Origin: a virus | Strand: one strand, 5' to 3' | Length of the DNA stretch: 24,811 nucleotides | IMG/VR virus record: IMGVR_UViG_3300010239_000003 | Span: 1-24,811 of that record | Shown here: positions 1 through 8,714 of the stretch, one piece after another | Position numbering within the stretch: the first letter of the stretch is position 1 | Layout: each line of letters opens with the position of its first letter | Notes under the pieces: generated by a model | Database searches by the model: none | Told to the model about the DNA's origin: nothing | Seen by the model: the letters and a program-made list of their open reading frames with translations, nothing else | Translations under genes and position numbers: made by a program

Positions 1-940
1 TTGGATCAATATAGGCCCACGCAGTGACCGTAAACTTCGAAGAAACCATATTGGAAAAGCGAGCTACTATTATTGACTGGATGACACTATCAGACCCGTT
101 AAAGTACATCGCAGAGTAACCATCCTTAGATGTCCATGTGCAGTTAGAATAAGTGGCAAGGCCTGAGGATTCATACCCTTCACTGTAGATGCGGCCCCGA
201 TTCCGTATGAGGTACGAGGATAACGGGGGTTCGCTGAGATAATCGATTAATAATGCTCCAGTGTACTCTTGCTGGGCATAGGAGTGGACTGGCTTCATAT
301 TATAAGTCCTGGGGTGATTTAAACGAGTTAAACAGAAATCATCCATCCAGACAGTCCCTGAGAAGCCATCAGAACTCCCACCGAAGTTGAAGTAGACATT
401 ATTTAATCCTATCTGGGATGTTGTTGTCACAACTAAGGACTCTGATCCACTATCAGGCTTGCGGTAGAAGGATAATTTACCGTTCTGGAATCGTATCCTC
501 CATGTTGATGCCTCATTCCCAGTCATACTCCACAGAGGTGCCCATTTATGGTCAATGACTTTCATTGTGTAAGTTGATGGGGCGGTGAACTTATATTCCA
601 CTTTATAGTGTGTGGTAGTATCCTGTCTCAGGAGTAGAGTCCATGTACAGGTCTGGTTAGGGTTTTCTATCCCCGACATCCATGCCCTTATCTCCCAGTC
701 ACCAGCAGGTAGAGGGTAAACAACCCCTCCATTATACGCCCCATTTCCAGTGTATTGGATCCTGAGCTTCCCATTATATGATTGGATATAATCTGACAAT
801 GTCCCACTATTCACCCATTTAGCCCACTCCGAACGAATCGCTGAGTCAAAACTATCACTGAATATCAATGGGTTCTTGTGGTTCACATACCCGAGGAGAT
901 TGCCGTCTTTTTGGATTCCGTTAAATAGGTTTTGTTTCAT
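1..940 (-). CDS. Tail/receptor-binding protein with ConA/LamG-like beta-sandwich domain(s); partial, runs off left edge
   Basis: Missing from the ORF track. Manual translation from ATG 940 (MKQNLFNGIQKDG...) is open for 313 codons to the edge; beta-rich and Trp-rich, ending YFNGSDS...FTVTAWAYID (LamG-like); follows the TMP stop by 4 nt. Confidence 0.7.
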   Translation of the reverse strand, partial: MKQNLFNGIQKDGNLLGYVNHKNPLIFSDSFDSAIRSEWAKWVNSGTLSDYIQSYNGKLRIQYTGNGAYNGGVVYPLPAGDWEIRAWMSGIENPNQTCTWTLLLRQDTTTHYKVEYKFTAPSTYTMKVIDHKWAPLWSMTGNEASTWRIRFQNGKLSFYRKPDSGSESLVVTTTSQIGLNNVYFNFGGSSDGFSGTVWMDDFCLTRLNHPRTYNMKPVHSYAQQEYTGALLIDYLSEPPLSSYLIRNRGRIYSEGYESSGLATYSNCTWTSKDGYSAMYFNGSDSVIQSIIVARFSNMVSSKFTVTAWAYIDP

Positions 941-944
941 ATTA

Positions 945-3900
945 TCATACTCCATATGCTCGTTTCTCACGGCTTATAGCATCACCAATAACCTTTAATA
1001 ATCGTGATCTGAACAGTTCATCCTCTAATAAGTTCCTTTTAACCTTATCAGGGATTTCAGCCTCTTTCAAGGCCTGTGTGACAGTTTCCTTAGAAACGCT
1101 ACCAGACGCTTTAACTTCGATATTGAAGGACAGGTCATGTCTTAAATTAACATCAACTGTCCTTGTTGTCTCCTTTGGTTTGAATAAGCGTTCTATCTCA
1201 GCTGATGATGTAGGCCCGCCATATCCACTAACCTTGGGGCTTGTCCACCCGTATCCTGCTTGGAAAGCCGTTGTATCCATCCATATGCCCGCCACACGTG
1301 CAGCGCAGTGAGGAATGCCTGCCCATGAAAGTCCACATGACACCCCGCAGGGAAGCCCGAAGAGGCTTGCATATTCACAAATAACCCTCGCACCATCGTA
1401 ACAATTGAAAGCACCCCTTGCAAGCAAAGCAGCAGCCGAAAGACCAGTACTACCATAGTAAAATGAGTAACGGGTTCTTCCTATCAAGGCAGCCATCAAA
1501 GCCATGAAACCAACCAAATTCCCTGCAAGGCCTCTGGGTGGCCATTGCACGAAATCGCCCGCTTTAAGGTTTAGTCCGGGGACTATGCTAACCCTGTAAG
1601 CGTCGATTGTCTTGTTAATCCATCTTATCCACTGTGGACTGTAGTCCCATCCTCCAAATCCTTTTTCTGGGGATCTGAGGTATTTTCTTAATTCTGAGGC
1701 GATTCTAAGATCCCTAATAGACCCTCTCAAGTTCGCTGGGTCTGGTAGTGTTATAGGCCTATTACGCTCACCAGAAACAGGCATAGGCCCAAAACCTAAG
1801 CCTAAACTTGTTGGAATCGATTTCCTCAATGAAGGGCCACAAGATCTGCAAATAGGCCCTCCAGCACCGGGCCCTCCAGCACCCGGATTCCTGACAAGAT
1901 TGTAAAACCGACGTATGTTAGCCGATAACGTGTTAATATGACTTGTGACCTTTGATTTTGTTCTTTTGGCAGCTGCAACTACTTTGTTTTTCATGTCGTT
2001 CCATGATGACTTCATATTTTCCATACCTGATTTGGTGGTCTTTACCATGGCGTCTGTGGCGGTTTTTAGGATGTTTTTGTTTTGGTTTTGTGATCTTGTG
2101 TTCGCATCCGTTATTGCCTTTAGGCCGGTGCTGATTGCTTGTTTTGATGAATCCATTGTTTTCTTATGAATATTTACCCATTCTCCCATTTTGGCATCGG
2201 TTTCTGTGACTACTGTTTGGAGTTTTTCATTGATTGTTTCCACATTTGTTTGTATTGTATCATTTACAGCCGCTGTGGCCTTTACAGCCGGTTTAGCAGT
2301 ATCAACATCAGCTAATGATGGAGTGCTTGGTGCTGGTAACTTTACAGTTGCATTTGAACGTATTACATTTGCAAAAGCTGAAGCTACCGAACCAGCACGA
2401 TCCTTCGAATCAGAGATATAATCGAGCACTCTATCGAATTCTCCAGAAATCTCCCTATAAATGTATCCCGGCGAACGGATGCCAAGTGTGCCAAGAACGG
2501 CGTTAAGGATGTCACTACCGATCTGCATTGCCTGACGGACAATGTATGGGCCAGCTGACCTTATACGGTCTCCTATCTTCAAGAATTCTTGGTAAACACG
2601 TCCAGGTAATTGTCTAACAAAGTTGATTACACCGTTTAGGATGTCGCTTCCAATTTTACGGGCTAAAGCAAGAGCTTGGTTTCCAAAACTGCTTATCCTT
2701 AAGATTGTGCTCCGTAACAAGCCCAATAATTGTGATGGGAGGCTCTGGAGGGCTTTCATGAACTCAGAACCCATTTTATGGCCTATCTCACTCATTTTGG
2801 ATGGTAAAGTAGCTAAGAATAGAATAAATTTGCCAGTAAGCTCCATAGTGTCCCAGATAACCCCATTAATGAGTGACATAGCCCCCCAAATCGCAGAACC
2901 AACTATATAAAGGATTTGGCCTATTTTAACAAGTATCTCCCACCATTGCTTCAAAATATCAACCATCTTCATGAGAATAGGCCAAAGGAAGGCTATAATG
3001 TCTGCAAGGATCTTTAGAACGGGTACTATGACATTTTGTATAACCCATGCTATAGCTTCTATAACTGGCTTTAAAGCCCTCAGGATGGCTGCAAGGATTT
3101 TTAAAGCAGGAACAACAAAAGTTTTAAGAATCCAAGCCACGATCTTAATTATGTCAACAAATAATTGCAATGGGGAGTTAGTGTCATCAATATTCTTCTT
3201 AGCATCATCCATTGAATTAGATAGGTCCTTTGTGGAGCTGCTTACATCATGCAATGGTTTTAAGGCTCTCATAAGCTCATTGAAGGCATCATGGAGAGCA
3301 TCCATAGCTGGTTGTAAAGCTCTCCATAATTCCTGTATTGCTTCTCTAACTTCATCCCATGCTTTCTTGAGGTCTGATAAGACTTTTTTGCCCTCAGCGC
3401 TCTTAACCCATTGATCCCATGCCATTTTTAGTTGATCTAATGCAAATTTGACCGTTCGCAGAGGGTTTAAGAGAAATGATATAGCCAATCCTAATGGTCC
3501 TAATTTGTCTGTGAGGATCTTAGCACCCTCACTTGAAAAAATTAGCTTCTTAGCAAAGTCAAAAAATGAATTAGCAGCATCTGTGACGGGTTTCAGAAAA
3601 TTTGTCAAGGATCTCCAACCATCACTCACCCACTTGACAAAACCATCCCATGCGCTCTTAAATTGGCTGCTAAGCCAAGCACCAAAGCCCTGCAGATAAT
3701 TCCATGCATTAGACGCTCCTTTCGTTAGATTGCTCCATGCATCTTGCAAGTTTTTCACAATAACATCATATAACCATTTAAGAGCATCAATAACCGGTTT
3801 TAAGGCCGTGACAAGAGCGTTCCAAGCTGCTACAAGGCCTCCCCATACCCATTCTGCGAATCCTTTGAGTTTTTCCCATAATCCCATCACAGCATTACGG

Positions 3901-5582
3901 AAACCTTCATTAGTTGACCATAGAACAACCAAAATGGATATAAGAGCCCCTATGGCTGCTATAACAAGATAGATGGGGTTTATGCTCATTACAGCGTTAA
4001 ATAAGGCTTGTGCTCCAGCCGCCAAATTTATAGACCCTGCGAGTATAATGTTTTTTACGGCTGCTGCTGCACTTGCAAGGCCTTCTCTTATCCTTAAGAG
4101 CAATCCTTTGCTTTGTGCAGCGTTAGAAGCTTCTTGAGCGGCTGTAACCCCGAATATTGTTGTTCTGAGCTCTCTCAATTTTTCAATCAGCAAACCGGGG
4201 ACTGCTTGCATCTTATTGAAAACAACGCTCAAGAATGTGCCTTCACGGGCTGCGAAAGCCAACTCAGCTCTTGCAACAGCAAATTGGGTTCGTAGGCCAC
4301 CCCAAATACTCGATAGAGTTGTTGAACCGCCTATAAACTCCATTAGTGCCGTTTTAACCTCGAAAAGCGGTTTTAAGGCCACGGCAACCATGCCAAAGGC
4401 GCTGCCAATTGCTATGATCCCTCCAACAGCTGTAAGAAGTGTTGAAACCCATCCACCAGTTTTCTGCTCCAACCAATTGAATTTATCAAGTATCTGAGCG
4501 ACAATCGGCAAAATACGTGATCCAAGCAATGTTAAGGTTTCCTCGATCCTTCCCTTCGCTTCTTCAAGTTTCAGTTTTGCTGTGTCAAGTTGACTTATCC
4601 CCCGATATCCTTCAGCTTTCAAAGCAGCATCTAAAGCCTTTATTCTTTCTTCTACTGTTGCTTGATCCTTCAATTTGTCAAGCTGATTTTTTAGGATGCT
4701 GTCTCTCTCTAACTGTGCAGTATTACCCGTATTGATGTACTCTATCAAGTCCATTTGCGTTTCAATAGCACTTTTTCCCATCATCGTTGATGCCGCAAAA
4801 TAATCGCTCGCTGCTTGGCCTAAAGTCTTCAATGCTGCTGTTGAGATGTTTGTTTGCCTTGCAACCGCACCACTAAGTAGTTGATTAATAAAGCTCGATG
4901 GGGTGGGGCTTCTTATGTTAATTTCAGTTATTATGTTTTGGTATTCTTGAGCTGCTTTCGCACCTACCTTTGTTGTCATCCACGCTTTCATCATTTCTTT
5001 ATTCATCGCTCCACTCATCGCTACGCTTGCCATTTGCATAGCACCGAAAGATCCGATCACCCCACTGATTATGCCCTCCAGGCCGCTGAATGCATCGGCA
5101 AGGGATGATATTCCTCGGCGTATTGTTGAAATAGCTGATTGTCCTGCTGCTCTCATGCGTGAGAATGCTGATTGTGTTATTGATGACAGTTTATTGAAAG
5201 CAGAAGTCCCTGTTGAGGCTGTTGAGTTCATTTCAGCCCGTATTGTGTTCAGTGATTTCCCTGCATTTGTTATTTTTGATTCTGTGTTTGTTGCACTTGC
5301 CCTTATTGTATTGAATGCCTGTGAACCCACAGATCCAAGATTAGAGGTTGTGCGGCTGGTTGTTGTTATTGTGTTTTGTAGTTGTTTTGTGCTGTTTTTT
5401 GCTTTTTGTATGCTTGTTGAAGCTTTGTTCATGCTTGATTGCAGCGCATTCCCTGTGGATTGGCTGGATTTTGTCAAATTCCTTATCTGTGATTCTGTTT
5501 GTTTCACAGACCCTGTTACCTTATTTATTACCTTTGATGCTTGATCTACAGCCTTTAAAATGATTTGTACGTTCACAGGCAT
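945..5582 (-). CDS. Tail tape measure protein (~1545 aa) with C-terminal transglutaminase-like Cys-His-Asp (PeiW/PeiP-like) domain
   Basis: Long Ala/Ser/Thr-rich helical protein with ~11-residue Trp periodicity, downstream of tail chaperone; start reassigned to ATG 5582 behind GGTGAT SD; FNCYD...PHC...WMDTT motif near C-terminus. Confidence 0.93.
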   Translation of the reverse strand: MPVNVQIILKAVDQASKVINKVTGSVKQTESQIRNLTKSSQSTGNALQSSMNKASTSIQKAKNSTKQLQNTITTTSRTTSNLGSVGSQAFNTIRASATNTESKITNAGKSLNTIRAEMNSTASTGTSAFNKLSSITQSAFSRMRAAGQSAISTIRRGISSLADAFSGLEGIISGVIGSFGAMQMASVAMSGAMNKEMMKAWMTTKVGAKAAQEYQNIITEINIRSPTPSSFINQLLSGAVARQTNISTAALKTLGQAASDYFAASTMMGKSAIETQMDLIEYINTGNTAQLERDSILKNQLDKLKDQATVEERIKALDAALKAEGYRGISQLDTAKLKLEEAKGRIEETLTLLGSRILPIVAQILDKFNWLEQKTGGWVSTLLTAVGGIIAIGSAFGMVAVALKPLFEVKTALMEFIGGSTTLSSIWGGLRTQFAVARAELAFAAREGTFLSVVFNKMQAVPGLLIEKLRELRTTIFGVTAAQEASNAAQSKGLLLRIREGLASAAAAVKNIILAGSINLAAGAQALFNAVMSINPIYLVIAAIGALISILVVLWSTNEGFRNAVMGLWEKLKGFAEWVWGGLVAAWNALVTALKPVIDALKWLYDVIVKNLQDAWSNLTKGASNAWNYLQGFGAWLSSQFKSAWDGFVKWVSDGWRSLTNFLKPVTDAANSFFDFAKKLIFSSEGAKILTDKLGPLGLAISFLLNPLRTVKFALDQLKMAWDQWVKSAEGKKVLSDLKKAWDEVREAIQELWRALQPAMDALHDAFNELMRALKPLHDVSSSTKDLSNSMDDAKKNIDDTNSPLQLFVDIIKIVAWILKTFVVPALKILAAILRALKPVIEAIAWVIQNVIVPVLKILADIIAFLWPILMKMVDILKQWWEILVKIGQILYIVGSAIWGAMSLINGVIWDTMELTGKFILFLATLPSKMSEIGHKMGSEFMKALQSLPSQLLGLLRSTILRISSFGNQALALARKIGSDILNGVINFVRQLPGRVYQEFLKIGDRIRSAGPYIVRQAMQIGSDILNAVLGTLGIRSPGYIYREISGEFDRVLDYISDSKDRAGSVASAFANVIRSNATVKLPAPSTPSLADVDTAKPAVKATAAVNDTIQTNVETINEKLQTVVTETDAKMGEWVNIHKKTMDSSKQAISTGLKAITDANTRSQNQNKNILKTATDAMVKTTKSGMENMKSSWNDMKNKVVAAAKRTKSKVTSHINTLSANIRRFYNLVRNPGAGGPGAGGPICRSCGPSLRKSIPTSLGLGFGPMPVSGERNRPITLPDPANLRGSIRDLRIASELRKYLRSPEKGFGGWDYSPQWIRWINKTIDAYRVSIVPGLNLKAGDFVQWPPRGLAGNLVGFMALMAALIGRTRYSFYYGSTGLSAAALLARGAFNCYDGARVICEYASLFGLPCGVSCGLSWAGIPHCAARVAGIWMDTTAFQAGYGWTSPKVSGYGGPTSSAEIERLFKPKETTRTVDVNLRHDLSFNIEVKASGSVSKETVTQALKEAEIPDKVKRNLLEDELFRSRLLKVIGDAISREKRAYGV

Positions 5583-5611
5583 TCTTAAATCACCCATCCA
5601 CCACGTTACAT

Positions 5612-5794
5612 TCAATATTTCCTATTACGGTTCATTTCATCTTCCATTGCCTTGTTACGCTCCTCCTGAAGCTTTGCATAACCTTTTAATAGGAATGCTT
5701 CTTGTAATGGCGTTAAGGAAGCTTGTGAAGGCGCTATCTTGTATCCAAGTTCATCTAAAACAATTATTGCTTTGCCTTCATCACTTCTCACGAA
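5612..5794 (-). CDS. Frameshift extension of tail assembly chaperone (gpT-like, 60 codons in +1 frame)
   Basis: Open frame FVRSDEGKAIIVLDELGYKIAPSQASLTPLQEAFLLKGYAKLQEERNKAMEDEMNRNRKY* fills the gap between chaperone and TMP; no evident SD or start of its own. Confidence 0.75.
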   Translation of the reverse strand, partial: FVRSDEGKAIIVLDELGYKIAPSQASLTPLQEAFLLKGYAKLQEERNKAMEDEMNRNRKY

Positions 5795-6188
5795 ATCGAT
5801 CTAATTCTGCTTCTTCTATCTGTATTCCGCTTATCTCCCTCACATGTTCAAAGATTTCATCAACAACGCCCGGTAATAGTTGTTCTACTTCATTTTCACT
5901 CCATTCTTCCCCGTCCACGGTCATTGCCAATGATACTGCTTTAACTTTGGCCTTGAATGATGCTATTGTCTGTTTTGCCAAATCTATGCTCATTGTACCA
6001 TCCGTTTGTCTTAAGCTGCCTACGTTGAGCTTTACTTGGCCTATGCCTTTTTGTTCTTCAACTACGATTTCTTGCCATTCTGCGCTCGTTAATGGTCTTA
6101 TTTTCACTTCTCCTTCAAGGGATTCAATATATACTGTTTCTACTTTCTCCACGCCTTTTAATATTGTTTCTTTGTTTAGTATTCCCAT
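5781..6188 (-). CDS. Tail assembly chaperone (gpG-like)
   Basis: 135-aa acidic protein between tail tube and TMP, GEVKIRPLT motif, AGGTG SD. Confidence 0.8.
   Translation of the reverse strand: MGILNKETILKGVEKVETVYIESLEGEVKIRPLTSAEWQEIVVEEQKGIGQVKLNVGSLRQTDGTMSIDLAKQTIASFKAKVKAVSLAMTVDGEEWSENEVEQLLPGVVDEIFEHVREISGIQIEEAELDRFREK
5790..5795 (-). other. Putative +1 programmed ribosomal frameshift site TTT_CGT
   Basis: CGA TTT CGT GAG AAG TGA TGA at the chaperone 3' end; TTT to TTC re-pairing enters the 60-codon frame. Confidence 0.6.
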
Positions 6189-6244
6189 TTTAACACCTGT
6201 TTCATCCTTTTGTTCAAATAAAAAATTAAGGGGATAAACGATGC

Positions 6245-6574
6245 TTATGAGCCTTCTAATGCGCTTATACGGGTTTCATGATCATCCAATGTGCTTTCTA
6301 CTGATTGTAATGTCGTGTTTATCGTGTCAATTGAATCAGATATTGATTCAAGAGTATCCTGTATCTCTGTGAGTGTATTATTAATATTTGCATCCTGAGT
6401 TTCAAGGTCTGTCACGGCTTTCACAAGATTCACGATGAAAGTCCAAATATTTCTAAGATTGAGACGCATGGCCCCATCAACATGTAGAAATTCATTATTT
6501 TCCGTAATAGTCTTCTCAGAATCCCTTAAATTCTTCTTAGCAGTTCGGGGATTGCTTATAAGGTCTTTTAGCAT
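6245..6574 (-). CDS. Hypothetical coiled-coil protein, possibly a virion fibre or decoration
   Basis: 109 aa; C-terminal heptads ending HETRISALEGS; GGAGGT SD. Confidence 0.7.
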   Translation of the reverse strand: MLKDLISNPRTAKKNLRDSEKTITENNEFLHVDGAMRLNLRNIWTFIVNLVKAVTDLETQDANINNTLTEIQDTLESISDSIDTINTTLQSVESTLDDHETRISALEGS

Positions 6575-6618
6575 TATAGGACCTCCATAAAATTAAATAA
6601 ATGTGGTTCTAACAGTCA

Positions 6619-7632
6619 TCAAGCAGATATGTCAGTCATATGATTCTTAAGGAGCACGTAGAAGTCTGTAGTAATTGTTCCACCACCAACCTTTGTCACT
6701 GTGCCTTTTTGAAGGCCTGTCATCTTGAATTTCAAATCAATAACATCCGTACCTTTAATTCCATAATCAGCCTCAAGCGTAGCGGCCGGCATTTTGATAG
6801 TCATCTGATTTCCACTGTTATCCATTGGTGTTATGGTCACTTCAGCCGATACTTCGCCGATGGAGTACCCCGGGCTGGTTGCTGATGAGCTGCCAAACTC
6901 TGCTTTCTTTATTATGCTATTCCACTGATCATTGAGCACCGCTGTGTCTAACTCGAGCGTTACGGTCCTTGATTGAGCTGGGGGCTGTATCTGCATGAAC
7001 CGTGAACCAAGACCAAACGCTAAGTCTTTCTTTATTTCATTGTCGATCTCAATAGTCAGGTTTTGAGCTGGGGCTGGTAATGTGGTGTTATCTATCTTAA
7101 CAGTCGTCTCGTAGAAGGCCAAAGGCGTATCAGCGAACCCGGATGGTGGGGTTGGTTCAGAGGGTAATGTTGCTATCTCTGATGCTGTTTTTGCCACCCC
7201 TTTACCACTGAATGTGATTAGTTCTTTTTTCATGTCTAATTTGAGATTATTTATGATTGTGCCTGCGTATTGCCTTTTAAACTCGTCGAAAGCTGCGAAA
7301 AGTGTGAAAGAAGGTAGCAGAATGGTGTTTCCCCCATAAAACTCATGAGAGTTTGGTTGTTCTGATGTTCCAGCTGTGTAGATATAGTCTCCTGAAACCC
7401 CATATAAGAAGTGCCCAAGGCGTTCAAGATCGGCATATCCCTCAAAATCAATTGATTGACTGTATTCGCCTGGTCTCACGATTTTTGGGGCTCTTGCACT
7501 TAGCGTTTCACGTGTAAGGTTCTCTCCTTCAATTTTCGGGTTGAAAGAAGACAATTCGGCATAGAATGAAACAGTGCTTTCAGCAACGCCGAATTGTGCT
7601 TCCTTTTTTAAGCCTACTTTTCGTTCTCCCAT
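6619..7632 (-). CDS. Major tail tube protein
   Basis: 337 aa beta-rich; N-terminal VGLKKEAQFG pattern and PSFTL motif typical of siphoviral tube proteins; position; GAGGTGA SD. Confidence 0.85.
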   Translation of the reverse strand: MGERKVGLKKEAQFGVAESTVSFYAELSSFNPKIEGENLTRETLSARAPKIVRPGEYSQSIDFEGYADLERLGHFLYGVSGDYIYTAGTSEQPNSHEFYGGNTILLPSFTLFAAFDEFKRQYAGTIINNLKLDMKKELITFSGKGVAKTASEIATLPSEPTPPSGFADTPLAFYETTVKIDNTTLPAPAQNLTIEIDNEIKKDLAFGLGSRFMQIQPPAQSRTVTLELDTAVLNDQWNSIIKKAEFGSSSATSPGYSIGEVSAEVTITPMDNSGNQMTIKMPAATLEADYGIKGTDVIDLKFKMTGLQKGTVTKVGGGTITTDFYVLLKNHMTDISA

Positions 7633-7678
7633 CGTTTATCACCTCAAAATTTGATTTATAATCCTTTTATTATGAAAA

Positions 7679-7769
7679 TGGGGTTGCTGGGATTTGAACC
7701 CAGATCCTAAGATCTCACCAACGTCTTTTTTTCTGGAGTCTTAGATGCTGGCCATTACACCACAACCCC
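7679..7769 (-). tRNA. tRNA-Trp (CCA) with canonical 37/38 intron; CCA end not encoded
   Basis: Acceptor GGGGTTG/CAACCCC plus A73; D arm GTGT-AATGGCCA-GCAT; anticodon stem TAAGA/TCTTA with CT-CCA-G|A; T arm CTGGG-TTCAAAT-CCCAG; exons 37 and 35 nt. Confidence 0.92.
7714..7732 (-). other. 19-nt archaeal tRNA intron with bulge-helix-bulge-like boundaries
   Basis: AAAAAAAGACGTTGGTGAG; C32-U33-C34-C35 pairs with GGUG (one U.U mismatch); 3-nt bulges AG|A and AG|A; 2-bp outer helix. Confidence 0.85.
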
Positions 7770-7771
7770 AA

Positions 7772-8212
7772 TTATGGTTTGGATCTTATCAGGAAGCTTA
7801 TTTGTCCTGATGTGATGAAAAGGTTCTTTTCTCGTATTTCATCACCAATATAATCGAGTTTTTGCAAGCGTATGTTCTGTACATAGGCTCTGGTTTCTGG
7901 TTTTGACTTGAAACCGTCTCTTATAAGCTTGAAGGCCTTCGCAACGAGTGATGCTCCTTCCATTGGGTTTTTAAGGATTGTGCGGGGTTTTATCAGGACT
8001 AACAAGTCTATGTTGTATCTATACAAATCCATGTGCATCTCCTCAGCCTCAAAAGAAAGATTATCAGGGATTATCCAGACAATTGGCAAACTCTTAAGCT
8101 TTGATGTGATCAAAGGCCCATATAAAACCTTTTTCACCCCAAGCCCCTCTGGTGTGAGGATATTTAGCACATTAGAGACAACCAATTCAATTATATCGTA
8201 TATTTCTTCCAT
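7772..8212 (-). CDS. Putative tail terminator / tail completion protein
   Basis: ~146 aa immediately before the tail tube gene; LPIVWI pattern as in gpU/gp17-like proteins; called largely from position. Confidence 0.6.
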   Translation of the reverse strand: MEEIYDIIELVVSNVLNILTPEGLGVKKVLYGPLITSKLKSLPIVWIIPDNLSFEAEEMHMDLYRYNIDLLVLIKPRTILKNPMEGASLVAKAFKLIRDGFKSKPETRAYVQNIRLQKLDYIGDEIREKNLFITSGQISFLIRSKP

Positions 8213-8237
8213 CTTCAAACCCCTGCTTCTTATAGGC

Positions 8238-8714
8238 CTATTTCAAGATCCGGCTCGCCACATATTGGTAAATCCTATCAGCATCTTTATAGAGGTCTTT
8301 CTCGGCTTTCCCAGTCATGTCGAATGGTTTTATTCCTGCAACTTTTTTTGCATAGATACAATCAGCACCCTTCTCACAAGGCTTTCCTGTAAGAGTCCAT
8401 GCTAACGCTTTTGCTTTTACGGGTTTGATGTATTTTTTTTTAGGTCCGTGAATTCCTGTCCCTTTGTCAAGATATTCGAAATAGAACTTTGGTGTGGCTT
8501 TATATGATAATTCACCCATTTTCTTGAAGACTATGCTGGATCTGAGGCCTCCACCACCACCTCTGCCGCTGCGGGCTGGTGTGTACCCTACAAGCTGTTG
8601 TTCATAGAATCTAACAGCTTTTTCAGTACCTTGCCGTAAAAATTCTTCGAATCTTTCTGAAAGAAGCGATTTAAACCGTTCAAGATCCTTGAGATTGACC
8701 ACAATACGTACCAT
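8238..8714 (-). CDS. HK97 gp10-like neck/tail completion protein
   Basis: TPARSG...LRSSI and YLDKGTGIHGP...IKP...AKAL motifs; basic; TAATG overlap with upstream gene. Confidence 0.75.
   Translation of the reverse strand: MVRIVVNLKDLERFKSLLSERFEEFLRQGTEKAVRFYEQQLVGYTPARSGRGGGGGLRSSIVFKKMGELSYKATPKFYFEYLDKGTGIHGPKKKYIKPVKAKALAWTLTGKPCEKGADCIYAKKVAGIKPFDMTGKAEKDLYKDADRIYQYVASRILK

Noticed and set aside
1078-5563. Many 60-157 aa plus-strand ORFs opposite the tape measure gene
   Set aside because: Expected antisense ORFs of a long repetitive gene; no independent signals
5560-6237. 225-aa plus-strand ORF
   Set aside because: Antisense shadow of the chaperone and frameshift region; Ser/Leu/Cys-rich, no SD or motif
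7655-7670. TATA-like AAAAGGATTATAAAT between tRNA and tail tube
   Set aside because: The predicted start would fall at or after the SD; it cannot be distinguished from AT-rich spacer
7714-7732. Box C/D guide RNA in the tRNA-Trp intron, as in several euryarchaea
   Set aside because: Only 19 nt; no RUGAUGA/CUGA pair
7745-7747. A24 in the tRNA D-stem as a Hirsh-type UGA suppressor mutation
   Set aside because: U11-A24 is, to my knowledge, the normal state in archaeal tRNA-Trp, so it is not diagnostic
7679-7769. tRNA as attP/attL or a provirus boundary
   Set aside because: Flanked on both sides by contiguous virion genes; no integrase or host genes nearby
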